Assembly (NCBI GenBank): GCA_032986305.1
Contig: GCA_032986305.1_3672.1
DNA: 64,000 nt
Reading direction: 5' to 3' (one strand)
From: a phage
Positions within the stretch are counted from its first letter, which is position 1, and every line of letters starts with the position of its first letter. A program made the position numbers and the translations under genes. Shown piece by piece: positions 29,774 to 38,531 of the stretch. The notes under the pieces are model-generated. The model was not told the DNA's origin. It did no database searches and saw only the letters and a list, made by a program, of their open reading frames with translations.

Positions 29774-30341
29774 AGTAAATCTTATTTAACATTACCTCAT
29801 CCTTTGCAGAAAGGATATCTAGATATGCATCACCGAATCTACCTGCAACAACCTCTGCATGATACATCACTTCGTTAATATCGTCAAGAGGGATAACTGG
29901 ATGACCGTATCTCTCTGAGTATTGTCTCAGAGTGCGATGTAGGGAGTCATCATCATAGGCAGACTTTTTAATATCGCAAACACGACGAATAGCCTTGATG
30001 TCGAAAAACCCTGTACGATACCAACCAAGAAAAAGGTTTCGTGCAGTGTCAACATCTACATCAATACCATTAAGAACCTTATCTACAAGATAGCTGTCAT
30101 CCTTTGGACCAGCTTCCTTAGTGCGAATGTAGTTGCCATCTTTTCCAGGTGACATCTCCTTCTCATCACCAACCTGCATGCCATCATTTGGCGGTGTTAG
30201 CCACTTATCCGGATGCTTACGATCACGAGCGTTAGAATGATTACGCTGGAAACCAGGCTTCCACTTGAAAGTTTTCTCCATCTGTTCTTCATTCTGATAA
30301 CGTTTTGCAATCTTTTCACGGTCATCTTTGCGTGAACCCAT
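29763..30341 (-). CDS. hypothetical protein (192 aa)
   Basis: ORF with GAGGAGG RBS. Confidence 0.4.
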   Translation of the reverse strand: MGSRKDDREKIAKRYQNEEQMEKTFKWKPGFQRNHSNARDRKHPDKWLTPPNDGMQVGDEKEMSPGKDGNYIRTKEAGPKDDSYLVDKVLNGIDVDVDTARNLFLGWYRTGFFDIKAIRRVCDIKKSAYDDDSLHRTLRQYSERYGHPVIPLDDINEVMYHAEVVAGRFGDAYLDILSAKDEVMLNKIYYER

Positions 30342-30454
30342 AGCTGCCTCCTCTTCAAGTTATAGAAAAACTCACTGTATCACTTTGTAACGAGCTTTTC
30401 TATCAAACTGGTGCGATTGCATTACCTGGTATAGTTTATATAGCTGTGGAGCGA

Positions 30455-30710
30455 TTTAGGGGCCTTCTTGTCAGTTTCCACACATAAACTTCATCCAAGC
30501 TCGCGCGGGAGGCTCTCAACCGACTCCTTACGGCGCTGGCAAGCTTTCGTCGGTGGTCCACATCAGTGCTCGGCCTTTGGCCTGCGCTATCGCTTCGCTC
30601 CCACACATGTTAACAGACCTGCATGTATGCACTTCTGTTATTGTGTGCACCAAGGAGGCCCGGCATCTCGCCCCTCGTAGGCGAGTGCCAATGAAGGGCC
30701 GACACTACCT
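30455..30710. ncRNA. GC-rich non-coding island, candidate structured RNA (strand and function unknown)
   Basis: ~250 bp GC-rich block between AT-rich DNA; hairpins CTCGCC..GGCGAG and GGCC-TTT-GGCC; GGGGCCTTC at one end nearly complementary to GAAGGGCC at the other; only a low-complexity ORF. Confidence 0.25.
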
Positions 30711-30843
30711 ATAGTAAGTAATAATTTTAAAACATGGTACTTAGGATCTAGTATATTCTACATAAGTTAAGTATATGTACTTAGTACCATAAGTACTAGA
30801 TCTTTTATTTTTTATTATTTAGTTATTTTAGTTATATTCTTTA

Positions 30844-30927
30844 TGTGTCCGTATCACGGACAGTTAGTGTCCGTATTACGGACAGATGTGTCCGCGTGAC
30901 GGACAGTAGTGTCCGTATCACGGACAG
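30844..30927. repeat. four tandem ~21-22 bp palindromic repeats GTGTCCGT-N3-5-ACGGACAG (operator or iteron array)
   Basis: copies centred at about 30854, 30876, 30898, 30918; each is a 7-bp inverted repeat; 20-22 bp periodicity; AT-rich palindrome-rich DNA lies next to it at 30720-30840. Confidence 0.6.
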
Positions 30928-31001
30928 TTACTGACCTCTGTTCCAGAGCGAACATAAAACATACGAATCCTTATAGTACAGATATTTAAGTTTTTACTGG
31001 T

Positions 31002-31352
31002 CTAACCAGTTGTTGACATTCGAATAACCTCTTCTGGTGGCAAAACTTTGGAAAATGTACATCTTTTACCTCTCCCTTGTGTGGATATTTCAACCACTCC
31101 TGCACATTCTAAAGTTTTAACACACGCTGCTGCTTTTGTTTTCTTTATCCCAACATCTGCTGCAATTTTCCTTGTGCTGGGTGTGAAGCGTGAATTTCCT
31201 CCAAGCTTATACCAGTTGTGCAGGTAGCAGTATACGATCTTGTCATATAAGTCAAGAACAACAACCTCCCCAGTTGTGTCATTCAAAACTTTTGACATAG
31301 ACAGTATTTCAAGGGGGACTTTAAGATATAGCAGCTTATCCCCATCTTTCAT
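31002..31352 (-). CDS. small helix-turn-helix-like DNA-binding protein (tentative)
   Basis: 116 aa; segment ..STRKIAADVGIKKTKAAACVKTLECAGVVEI.. resembles an HTH; gene ends ~75 bp before the palindromic repeat array. Confidence 0.35.
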   Translation of the reverse strand: MKDGDKLLYLKVPLEILSMSKVLNDTTGEVVVLDLYDKIVYCYLHNWYKLGGNSRFTPSTRKIAADVGIKKTKAAACVKTLECAGVVEISTQGRGKRCTFSKVLPPEEVIRMSTTG

Positions 31353-31399
31353 ATCTCCTGATTCTCCTTGTGTGGCAATTTTCTTTAAAATAGCAGGGA

Positions 31400-31954
31400 T
31401 TACTCCCCGCTGTCAATAGCAAGACTCATTGCAATACGGTATGCCTCTTCTAATGGTAAGAGTCTCCCCCACACATCCCAACCGACATCAAACTGCCTGC
31501 CAAACAACTGCTGTGTGGTTCCGTGAGCATGACCGAACAGTTGGACTGATCCGTGAGGCTTTCTGTTCCACTTTGCAAACTGGTAATGGCTCATACAGAT
31601 CAAATTCTTGTTGTGGCGAAGCTCGTAATAATCTACAACCTCATGACCGAACTCTTTCATAATTCTGACAGTCGTCCTTGTGTCATGGTTACCACGAACA
31701 AGAATAATATGTCCGTTCAACATATTTAGAACATCTGGGAGCAATTTGTTGATATTCTTATCATTAGTGCACGCAATATCTCCCAAGTGAAACACAGTGT
31801 CTGCAGGTGACACAACAGAGTTCCACTTGGTGATGATTCCCGCATTCATACTGTCAAGATTGTGATCATACTGAGATCTGTGTTTTTGACATGAATCGAA
31901 CTCCATGACCCGCTGGTGGAGAAAGTGTGTGTCGCTTGTTACAAAGTATTTCAT
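31400..31954 (-). CDS. calcineurin-like metallophosphoesterase (start at internal MKYFVTSDTHF)
   Basis: motifs D-x-H (SDTHF), GDIA, GNHD, GHAH in canonical order. Confidence 0.6.
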   Translation of the reverse strand: MKYFVTSDTHFLHQRVMEFDSCQKHRSQYDHNLDSMNAGIITKWNSVVSPADTVFHLGDIACTNDKNINKLLPDVLNMLNGHIILVRGNHDTRTTVRIMKEFGHEVVDYYELRHNKNLICMSHYQFAKWNRKPHGSVQLFGHAHGTTQQLFGRQFDVGWDVWGRLLPLEEAYRIAMSLAIDSGE

Positions 31955-31961
31955 ACATTCC

Positions 31962-32372
31962 TCATTTAAGTTTAATGCAGTTTTTAAGCTGGCGTTCCAT
32001 ACGATCCACAACCCTGTCTGGAACATCATGAATGCTTTTATTACCATGGCGGTTTTCAACCACGATCACGGTATAACTATACCCATGACTGATCGCCATG
32101 TCAATATATTCTTGCACATATTTTTCTTTTGTAAACGTATTACTTACCACGATACGGTCGTATCCCATACGCATCATATCTTCTACGTTATCTTTGCACC
32201 ATTTTGCTGCAAGTGTTACTTTACTTGCATCCCAGTTATAATTTCCATCATCGTCGTACCAGAACATGTCGTTCTCAAAATGTGGATACAGACCGTCTAA
32301 AGATAGCGCATTTGCCAGTGTTGATTTGCCAGACCCTGGCAGACCACGCACGATATATAGCATTTTAGACAT
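31962..32372 (-). CDS. P-loop polynucleotide kinase-like protein (T4 Pnk kinase-domain-like)
   Basis: Walker A ..IVRGLPGSGKST.. near N-terminus; start MSKML with GGAGGA RBS; adjacent to phosphatase and divergent from RNA ligase. Confidence 0.55.
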   Translation of the reverse strand: MSKMLYIVRGLPGSGKSTLANALSLDGLYPHFENDMFWYDDDGNYNWDASKVTLAAKWCKDNVEDMMRMGYDRIVVSNTFTKEKYVQEYIDMAISHGYSYTVIVVENRHGNKSIHDVPDRVVDRMERQLKNCIKLK

Positions 32373-32400
32373 AGTAATCCTCCGTTTTAATTTCAACGAT

Positions 32401-32429
32401 AGTATACCTGACTGTTTTGTTAATTTCAA
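32401..32429 (-). promoter_or_regulatory. sigma70-like promoter for kinase-phosphatase operon
   Basis: minus strand TTGAAA-N17-TATACT. Confidence 0.45.
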
Positions 32430-32432
32430 GTG

Positions 32433-32461
32433 TTGACACTAGGTTATTTGTGTGGCAGGAT
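32433..32461 (+). promoter_or_regulatory. candidate early promoter (good -35 TTGACA, weak -10)
   Basis: TTGACA at 32433-32438, back to back with the divergent minus-strand -35. Confidence 0.3.
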
Positions 32462-32472
32462 AGGCTGACAAA

Positions 32473-33408
32473 ATGACAAATGAGGAACGTATGATGAAGT
32501 ATTTTAATGCAGATGACCTAGTAGACAAAGGTCTTGTAACCAGTCGGTATTATCCAGATCTTGGATTAAAGATCTATAAATATGCCAGAAAAGTATTCTA
32601 CAACAATCTGTGGCATTTGTCTCCGCGTTTACTGGAGTGCCGAGGTATTGTTGTTGGCAATGAGGGGAATGTTGTGGCATGGCCTTTCACAAAAGTATTC
32701 AACTTAGGAGAAAACTCCACCAACCTACCGGACAGTAAACTTGTTACTGCGGTAGAGAAAAAGAACGGATTCCTTGGTGTGGTATCATCTCATAAAGGTG
32801 AACTATTGTTCTCAACAACCGGATCTCTTGATTCTCCATATTGTAACCTCACAAAGGAAACCATCCAAGAGCAATGTGGTAATTTAGATCTTATCAAGAA
32901 GGTTATGGGCAATGAAAACATGACATTCATGTTTGAAATTTGTCACCCTTCAGATCCGCATATTGTTCAGGAAGATCATGGCGCATATTTGATAGGTTGC
33001 AGATATAATGATTCTGGAATAATGCTGCCAGAAGCAGCTTTAGATGGGATTGCCAAATACCTTGGCGCAAAACGTCCTCACACTGTGCGTGAAATTCCGT
33101 TCAGCTATGCAAAAGAATTGGCTGCAGAAACAAGAGGTGAAGGGTATATGATTCGTAAGCCTTACTACCCTTATGATCTGCAGCTGAAGATCAAGTCTCC
33201 ATACTATCTGGCACGGAAGGCCGTAATGAGGGGTAAAGCTTGGAAGATTTGGGATGATGATATCTTTAAACGTGTTGACGAAGAGTTTTACGGCATGGTA
33301 AACTTCATTCGTAGCAATTACACAGAAGATGTGTGGAACTGCCTACTGGAGCAGGAACGCAGGGAGATACTCGACCACTATTTCCACAACGAGGACTATA
33401 TGCAATGA
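32473..33408 (+). CDS. RNA ligase, T4 Rnl1-like (alternative start at 32491)
   Basis: recalled T4 Rnl1 motifs: ECRGI, FNLGEN, nucleotidyltransferase motif I KKNG (K-x-[DN]-G), EGYMIRK..LKIKS. Confidence 0.6.
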   Translation: MTNEERMMKYFNADDLVDKGLVTSRYYPDLGLKIYKYARKVFYNNLWHLSPRLLECRGIVVGNEGNVVAWPFTKVFNLGENSTNLPDSKLVTAVEKKNGFLGVVSSHKGELLFSTTGSLDSPYCNLTKETIQEQCGNLDLIKKVMGNENMTFMFEICHPSDPHIVQEDHGAYLIGCRYNDSGIMLPEAALDGIAKYLGAKRPHTVREIPFSYAKELAAETRGEGYMIRKPYYPYDLQLKIKSPYYLARKAVMRGKAWKIWDDDIFKRVDEEFYGMVNFIRSNYTEDVWNCLLEQERREILDHYFHNEDYMQ

Positions 33409-33755
33409 AGAAGTTGATTGTGTGGCTGGATGATTTGAGAGATCCGTCAAATTATGGACTCCCAGACGCTGTTTGGCTGAAGAATTCCTCCGAGTTTATG
33501 GATTTTATTAACGATAATGGAAAGCTCTACAGACGCGTTTCTGAGTGGCATATGGACAACGACTTAGGAGAAGTATTCGAAGGATATGATTGCCTATCCA
33601 TGTTGGAGGAAAAATTTGTATTCGGTAAGCCTCCCGTGGTTGACAACGTGAAGATTTTCGTACATACTTCTAATCCATCAGCGGCTCGTAAATTCATGCT
33701 TGCAGCTGACTCGTTTAAAAAGTTTGGAATAGAGATTAAACAAAACATCTACTGA
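33405..33755 (+). CDS. hypothetical protein, possibly flavodoxin-like/receiver-like fold
   Basis: 116 aa; KKLIVWLDD start and later DxD and VHTSNP segments loosely resemble a receiver-type domain; ATGA overlap with ligase stop. Confidence 0.3.
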   Translation: MKKLIVWLDDLRDPSNYGLPDAVWLKNSSEFMDFINDNGKLYRRVSEWHMDNDLGEVFEGYDCLSMLEEKFVFGKPPVVDNVKIFVHTSNPSAARKFMLAADSFKKFGIEIKQNIY

Positions 33756-33763
33756 GGACACTT

Positions 33764-34525
33764 ATGCGACGACTGATTATTATCTCCGGTGCTGGTTTGA
33801 GCGCTGAATCTGGTATTCCCACTTTCCGATCTGGTAGCACTGCAATGTGGGAGAATTTCAGCATCGATGAGGTGTGCAACATCCACACCTTTGCCAAGAA
33901 CTACTATAAGGTGCATGACTTTTACAATGCACGTCGTGTAGCTCTGGGCAGTGTTGATCCTAACCTTGCACATCTTCGGATCGCTGAGTGGTATTCCCGC
34001 TGGTCTGGTCGTGTGATCAACCTTACCACCAATGTAGATGATTTGCTGGAGCGTGCTGGTGTAAAACATGAAGATATTTTACATGTCCACGGGTATTTGC
34101 CTGAAATCACCTACGAAGATGCTGAAGGTAATGATGTAATTAAAAATATCGGATACACGGAGGTAGATACAGGTAAGTATACCTGGGTTAAGCCCAATGT
34201 AGTGTTCTTCGGTGAGGTTGCTCCTAAGTATACAGACATGTATGACCTGTTGACATCTCTCACAAGCAATGATATGGTGATCCTGGTAGGTTGTTCTAAC
34301 ACAGTTATTAATTTTAACTGGGAATTGTTTCCTGCTACTTGTAAAGGCACAAAACTGCTGATTGTAAACAAGTATGATTCGCAGAGTGCAGATGGAAGTG
34401 GCATTTCACGTAGCGACCTTTATCAATATGAGGATCGCGGGATCCCTGTATGGTTTAACGGTGCTGTTGACGCTTTCTCTGATAAAGTATTTATTGAAAC
34501 TGTAGAAAACTTTATGGAACTTTAA
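33764..34525 (+). CDS. SIR2-family (sirtuin-like) NAD-dependent enzyme
   Basis: motifs GAGLSAESGIPTFR, TNVDDLLERAG, catalytic-type HG, VFFGE; no obvious zinc-ribbon cysteines. Confidence 0.65.
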   Translation: MRRLIIISGAGLSAESGIPTFRSGSTAMWENFSIDEVCNIHTFAKNYYKVHDFYNARRVALGSVDPNLAHLRIAEWYSRWSGRVINLTTNVDDLLERAGVKHEDILHVHGYLPEITYEDAEGNDVIKNIGYTEVDTGKYTWVKPNVVFFGEVAPKYTDMYDLLTSLTSNDMVILVGCSNTVINFNWELFPATCKGTKLLIVNKYDSQSADGSGISRSDLYQYEDRGIPVWFNGAVDAFSDKVFIETVENFMEL

Positions 34526-34538
34526 AAGGAGACCTTTA

Positions 34539-35252
34539 ATGCTGAATACTAAACTGATCGACAACCTGGAAAAACTGTCTCAGCCTGAAAACTACCTTTG
34601 GTCTGCCAACTGGGTGGAAAACTGGAACCGTGTGGCAGCTAAGGTGAAAAAATCATACACACCATTCGAATTACAGCTTAGCTTCATTGAGGAAGAGTTC
34701 AATGAAGTTTTGGAAGAGCTGGAGAAAGGTGATGGTGGAGATCACTTGCTAAAAGAGGCCTGCGATCTTCATGTTGTCACAAGTTATGCCGCTTATCTTG
34801 TTAATGACAATCACGAAAAGTGGTCAAACCTGTTTGATAATCCACGAGGTATTAAGTTCAAGATTGGTGAGTTCTATGATACACTGATCGCTGCGAAAAA
34901 CACCTCTAAGCAAAGAGCGTCTGCTTACCGCTTAGCAGAGTTGTCAACAGCTTTGCTGTTCCAGCTTCGCGGAGATGTGTGCGGGATGATGCGTAAGGTT
35001 CTCAAATCGAATGACAGCAAGTTTGCACGGGTCAACCATCTACGGTATTCACACGGTGCCAGTGCAGATATGCCTGCTGAACAACTCATCGAGTTGGAGA
35101 TTAAAGATCTTGAGCGACGCTTTGATGGTCGATATGAAGGTTTTGTTGCTAAGGAAGAATTCTACAACGGTAATAAAGTTATCATATTCCTTGACAGTAA
35201 AGGTAAGATCATGAAGCCTTCAAGCTTCAAGGATGTAACAGGGTATATTTAA
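34539..35252 (+). CDS. hypothetical protein, possibly MazG/HisE-like nucleotide pyrophosphohydrolase domain
   Basis: N-terminal EExxE-type acidic helix pattern (..FIEEEFNEVLEELEKG..); weak. Confidence 0.3.
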   Translation: MLNTKLIDNLEKLSQPENYLWSANWVENWNRVAAKVKKSYTPFELQLSFIEEEFNEVLEELEKGDGGDHLLKEACDLHVVTSYAAYLVNDNHEKWSNLFDNPRGIKFKIGEFYDTLIAAKNTSKQRASAYRLAELSTALLFQLRGDVCGMMRKVLKSNDSKFARVNHLRYSHGASADMPAEQLIELEIKDLERRFDGRYEGFVAKEEFYNGNKVIIFLDSKGKIMKPSSFKDVTGYI

Positions 35253-35259
35253 CAACATA

Positions 35260-35285
35260 GCCGGGATCACCCGGCTTTACTTGTT
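35260..35285 (+). terminator. intrinsic terminator
   Basis: GCCGGG-ATCA-CCCGGC hairpin followed by TTTACTTGTT. Confidence 0.45.
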
Positions 35286-35624
35286 GTGGAAAGTATGCAA
35301 GTGAGGCAGATAGTTATGTACAAGCACTCTAGAGATCTTGAAAACGATGCTGTGTTTGGGGATCAGATGAAAGAGTTGGTTAAACTCATAGGCAGGATAG
35401 AGGATAAGTTTGACACTAAGATCTACATCGACAGCAAAGTATTCAACCACAAAATATGGACAAATCTGTGTGTTGGACTACATGGAGATAAAGATGTTGT
35501 AAATTTAGTTGTAATTAAGTTCATAGTGTGGCAGAATAAGACTATACGTTATTCCGATCCACACTTACTTGTTTATCCTATAAAAGACCTACTACAGAAA
35601 GAGGACTGCAATGCCGTTATTTAA
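35286..35624 (+). CDS. hypothetical protein (112 aa)
   Basis: ORF only. Confidence 0.3.
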   Translation: MESMQVRQIVMYKHSRDLENDAVFGDQMKELVKLIGRIEDKFDTKIYIDSKVFNHKIWTNLCVGLHGDKDVVNLVVIKFIVWQNKTIRYSDPHLLVYPIKDLLQKEDCNAVI

Positions 35625-35880
35625 TCTTGCTAAACCTGTAGAAGCCCACCAGTTTGACGGAAGCTCTTCATCAGTATCTGATCTGCAACGGTGGATTGAT
35701 ACAGGTGTGTTTACATCGTCACCTGTTCGGACCAGAGATCTTCGTCGCATGTGTGAGCTTGTCGAGCCTTTTGGTAACCTTGTCTTGTACCAAGGAGATT
35801 GGCTAGTTGACTTTATGGGAGACTGGTTGGTAATGAGTAAAGAAGAGATGTTTAAAATTTTTAAGGAAGAGGCCGAGTAA
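35611..35880 (+). CDS. hypothetical protein (89 aa)
   Basis: ORF, overlaps neighbours. Confidence 0.3.
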   Translation: MPLFNLAKPVEAHQFDGSSSSVSDLQRWIDTGVFTSSPVRTRDLRRMCELVEPFGNLVLYQGDWLVDFMGDWLVMSKEEMFKIFKEEAE

Positions 35881-37163
35881 TGCATCAAATCAAAACAACA
35901 CTGTACGCACTGAACAAAGATGGCAGCTACCAACAGTGGAAAGTATTCACTGATGGCGAAAAGGTTATCGTAGAGTTTGGCAAGCTTGACGGTAAATTGC
36001 AGTACAAAGAGACGGTATGCACACCTAAGAACGTAGGTCGTGCCAATGAGACTACAGCTGAGCAACAGGCCGAGCTTGAGGCTATCAGCAAGTGGGAAAA
36101 ACAAGTCCGTCTGGGGTATGTTGAAAACATGGAAGATTGCGAGCAGGGTGTTGATCTTTTACCCATGCTGGTGCATGACTACCTGAAGCGTGGCAAGGCA
36201 CTTAAACTACCTTGCTGGATCTTGCGTAAGTTAGATGGCCTTCGTCTGCTTGTTGTTTTCCAAAATGGTGAGCCTAAATTTATTTCCCGTGGTAATAAGT
36301 CCTACCCTATTCAAGGAAAGCTTTTAGAGCAACTTCGTTCTTTCCATTCTACCACTGGGATTAAACAACTTGATGGGGAACTATACATTCATGGTCTTCC
36401 TTTGCAGAAAATAGTGTCTCTTGCTAAACGGTGGCGAACACAGGAAGAGATTCAGGCCGAGATCGATAAAGACTATGAGGCAGATAAAAAACGCCGTCAT
36501 ACCGCAATTAAGGCAGGCTTATCAACATACAAAAACTTCAACAAGGTAGATATTCCTGTCGATGTTGAGCCTGTTCGTGATGATTTGCGTTACGGTGGGT
36601 ACTGTAGCTACGATCTTGAGTATCACATTTTTGATATTCCTAGCGACAAGGTGTGGTGGGATCCAGAAACAGAGTCTGGACGCTGCAAGGATCTTATGGA
36701 TGCAGAGGATACCGTTACCACTCTGATGCTTGACCATATCAAGGTTGTTGACGCAGAGCTTGCGTACACAGTTGATCATTGCGAAGAATCTGTTGGTATA
36801 TTCATGTCCGAAGGATATGAAGGTACTATCATGCGTAATTTCTGCGGTAAATATGAGTATGGTCAGAGAACATCTGAAGCATTGAAATGGAAAAAGTTCA
36901 ACGACGCAGAGGTGAAAGTTATTGACGTTGAGAAAGATAAGAATGATGAAGGTGTTCTTATCTGTGTTGACAAGGAAGGTGTTGTTGTTAAAATGAAGAT
37001 GAAAGGCACGCACGAGGAGCGTAGCTATGACAGGATGCAGGAAATGATCGGCAAGTTTGTCACCTTCAAATATCAAGCAAGGACAGAAGACAACAACTAC
37101 CAATTCCCTGTCGGTATCTGCGTCCGAAATGTTAACCCAGACACTTGGGAGGTGCTGGAATAA
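35880..37163 (+). CDS. ATP-dependent DNA ligase
   Basis: motif I K-L-D-G-L-R (..ILRKLDGLRLLVV..), motif IV/V-like EGTIMR and LKWKKF, OB-fold-like C-terminus. Confidence 0.65.
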   Translation: MHQIKTTLYALNKDGSYQQWKVFTDGEKVIVEFGKLDGKLQYKETVCTPKNVGRANETTAEQQAELEAISKWEKQVRLGYVENMEDCEQGVDLLPMLVHDYLKRGKALKLPCWILRKLDGLRLLVVFQNGEPKFISRGNKSYPIQGKLLEQLRSFHSTTGIKQLDGELYIHGLPLQKIVSLAKRWRTQEEIQAEIDKDYEADKKRRHTAIKAGLSTYKNFNKVDIPVDVEPVRDDLRYGGYCSYDLEYHIFDIPSDKVWWDPETESGRCKDLMDAEDTVTTLMLDHIKVVDAELAYTVDHCEESVGIFMSEGYEGTIMRNFCGKYEYGQRTSEALKWKKFNDAEVKVIDVEKDKNDEGVLICVDKEGVVVKMKMKGTHEERSYDRMQEMIGKFVTFKYQARTEDNNYQFPVGICVRNVNPDTWEVLE

Positions 37164-37316
37164 TTTAGGTATGCTTAGTAGATAACGGTAGCCAATTGAA
37201 TAAGTGTTTTCAATTTGCACCTACATATACCCTGATGTATGCACTGTGCAACCTAGCCACACCACACAGTGGTGCTGATCGGGGCCTCGTTATGAGTGAA
37301 CTGGAGAGTATGAAAA

Positions 37317-37787
37317 ATGAAACTTGATAAAAATGTTCAACGAAAAGCTTTCTTGGATATGATCGCATATTCGGAAGGCACAGATAATGGTAGACAACCA
37401 ACTAAGGATCGGGGATACGATGTCATAGTTGGTGGCAAGCTGTTTAGCGATTACAGCAAGCATCCAGGTGTGTACGTTAAGCTAAATGCTAAACTTACCT
37501 CCTCCGCTGCTGGGCGTTACCAGGTTTTGGAGAAGTTTGCTAAACACTACATGGAACAGTTAGGATTGCCAGATTTTGGCCCTGCCAGTCAGGACAAGAT
37601 TGCGTTGCAACTGATCCGTGAGTGCAAGGCTCTCTCCGACATTGACGAAGGGCGTATCCACGAGGCTATCCATAAATGCCGTTCCCGCTGGGCTTCGTTA
37701 CCTGGTGCTGGATATGGTCAGCATGAACAGAAGATCGAGAAGTTGATCGAGGTGTTTAAAAAGGCAGGCGGTGTTGTCCTTGATTGA
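37317..37787 (+). CDS. endolysin, lambda R-like lytic transglycosylase
   Basis: close match to recalled lambda R sequence along most of its length (QRKAFLDM..SEGTDNGRQ..GYDVIVGG..DYS.HP..AGRYQ..WASLPGAGYGQ). Confidence 0.85.
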   Translation: MKLDKNVQRKAFLDMIAYSEGTDNGRQPTKDRGYDVIVGGKLFSDYSKHPGVYVKLNAKLTSSAAGRYQVLEKFAKHYMEQLGLPDFGPASQDKIALQLIRECKALSDIDEGRIHEAIHKCRSRWASLPGAGYGQHEQKIEKLIEVFKKAGGVVLD

Positions 37788-37790
37788 TCA

Positions 37791-37819
37791 TTGACATAAC
37801 CACACGGACGTGGTATTGT
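37791..37819 (+). promoter_or_regulatory. sigma70-like promoter
   Basis: TTGACA-N17-TATTGT. Confidence 0.45.
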
Positions 37820-37850
37820 TACCTCATAAAATGTTTAGCAGGGTTTAACC

Positions 37851-38057
37851 ATGAAAGATTTTCTGTTGGCAATTTTGTTCATGGCAGCATGTCTGGCCTG
37901 TGGTGTCGTGTTTGCAGGTGAAACAGCGTATCTTGTCGATGTATATCGGGACAATGGTAAACGTATTTGCCTTTATGAGACAAGTCAAGGTGAGCTCTAC
38001 GAGCTTGTGAAACAAGGCGAGGCTGGATCTTGTCCTCGCACCCATTTCTTTGAATGA
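37851..38057 (+). CDS. small secreted or lipoprotein-like protein (68 aa)
   Basis: hydrophobic N-terminus with Cys in lipobox-like context. Confidence 0.35.
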   Translation: MKDFLLAILFMAACLACGVVFAGETAYLVDVYRDNGKRICLYETSQGELYELVKQGEAGSCPRTHFFE

Positions 38058-38066
38058 GGAGAATAC

Positions 38067-38531
38067 GTGGAAGACGGACGTTTAATGAAGTCTGAACGCA
38101 GGCTTATTGTGCAACTGATCCCAGAAACAGCTTGGTATAATAACCTCCGAAACGCTGTGAAGAAGAGTGAGTGGGATAAGATCCGTAAGAAGTGCTACAG
38201 AGAAGCCAACTACACTTGTGAGGTGTGCGGAGGCAAAGGCAGCAAACACCCTGTGGAGTGTCATGAACTTTACACTTTCGAAGAGGGAGTGATCCGGCTT
38301 GTCGGACTGATAGCGTTGTGCCCGGATTGTCACACATCGGTGCATCCTGGGTTAGCAAATATCCGTGGGAAGTATGCTCAGGCAGTTAGTCAGTTAGCTA
38401 AGGTGAATAAGATCACCAAGGGTATGGCGGAGGCCTATTACCGAGACTGCTTTGCAGAGTGGCGTGAGCTTAGTAAAGTTCCAGAATGGAAGACTGACTT
38501 TTCGTGGATAGAGGGTTACCTTGATGGCTAA
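38067..38531 (+). CDS. HNH-type (His-Me finger) nuclease-like zinc-binding protein
   Basis: C-x2-C .. H-x .. L-x2-L-C-P-D-C-H pattern (CEVCGG..ECHEL..LCPDCH). Confidence 0.4.
   Translation: MEDGRLMKSERRLIVQLIPETAWYNNLRNAVKKSEWDKIRKKCYREANYTCEVCGGKGSKHPVECHELYTFEEGVIRLVGLIALCPDCHTSVHPGLANIRGKYAQAVSQLAKVNKITKGMAEAYYRDCFAEWRELSKVPEWKTDFSWIEGYLDG

Noticed and set aside
30468-30680. 70-aa plus-strand ORF inside GC-rich island B
   Set aside because: Arg/Pro/Ser-rich low-complexity translation, no RBS, lies in a hairpin-dense region; more likely structured non-coding sequence
30844-30927. Possible CRISPR array
   Set aside because: The four repeats are contiguous palindromes with no unique spacers between them; this is an operator or iteron-type array
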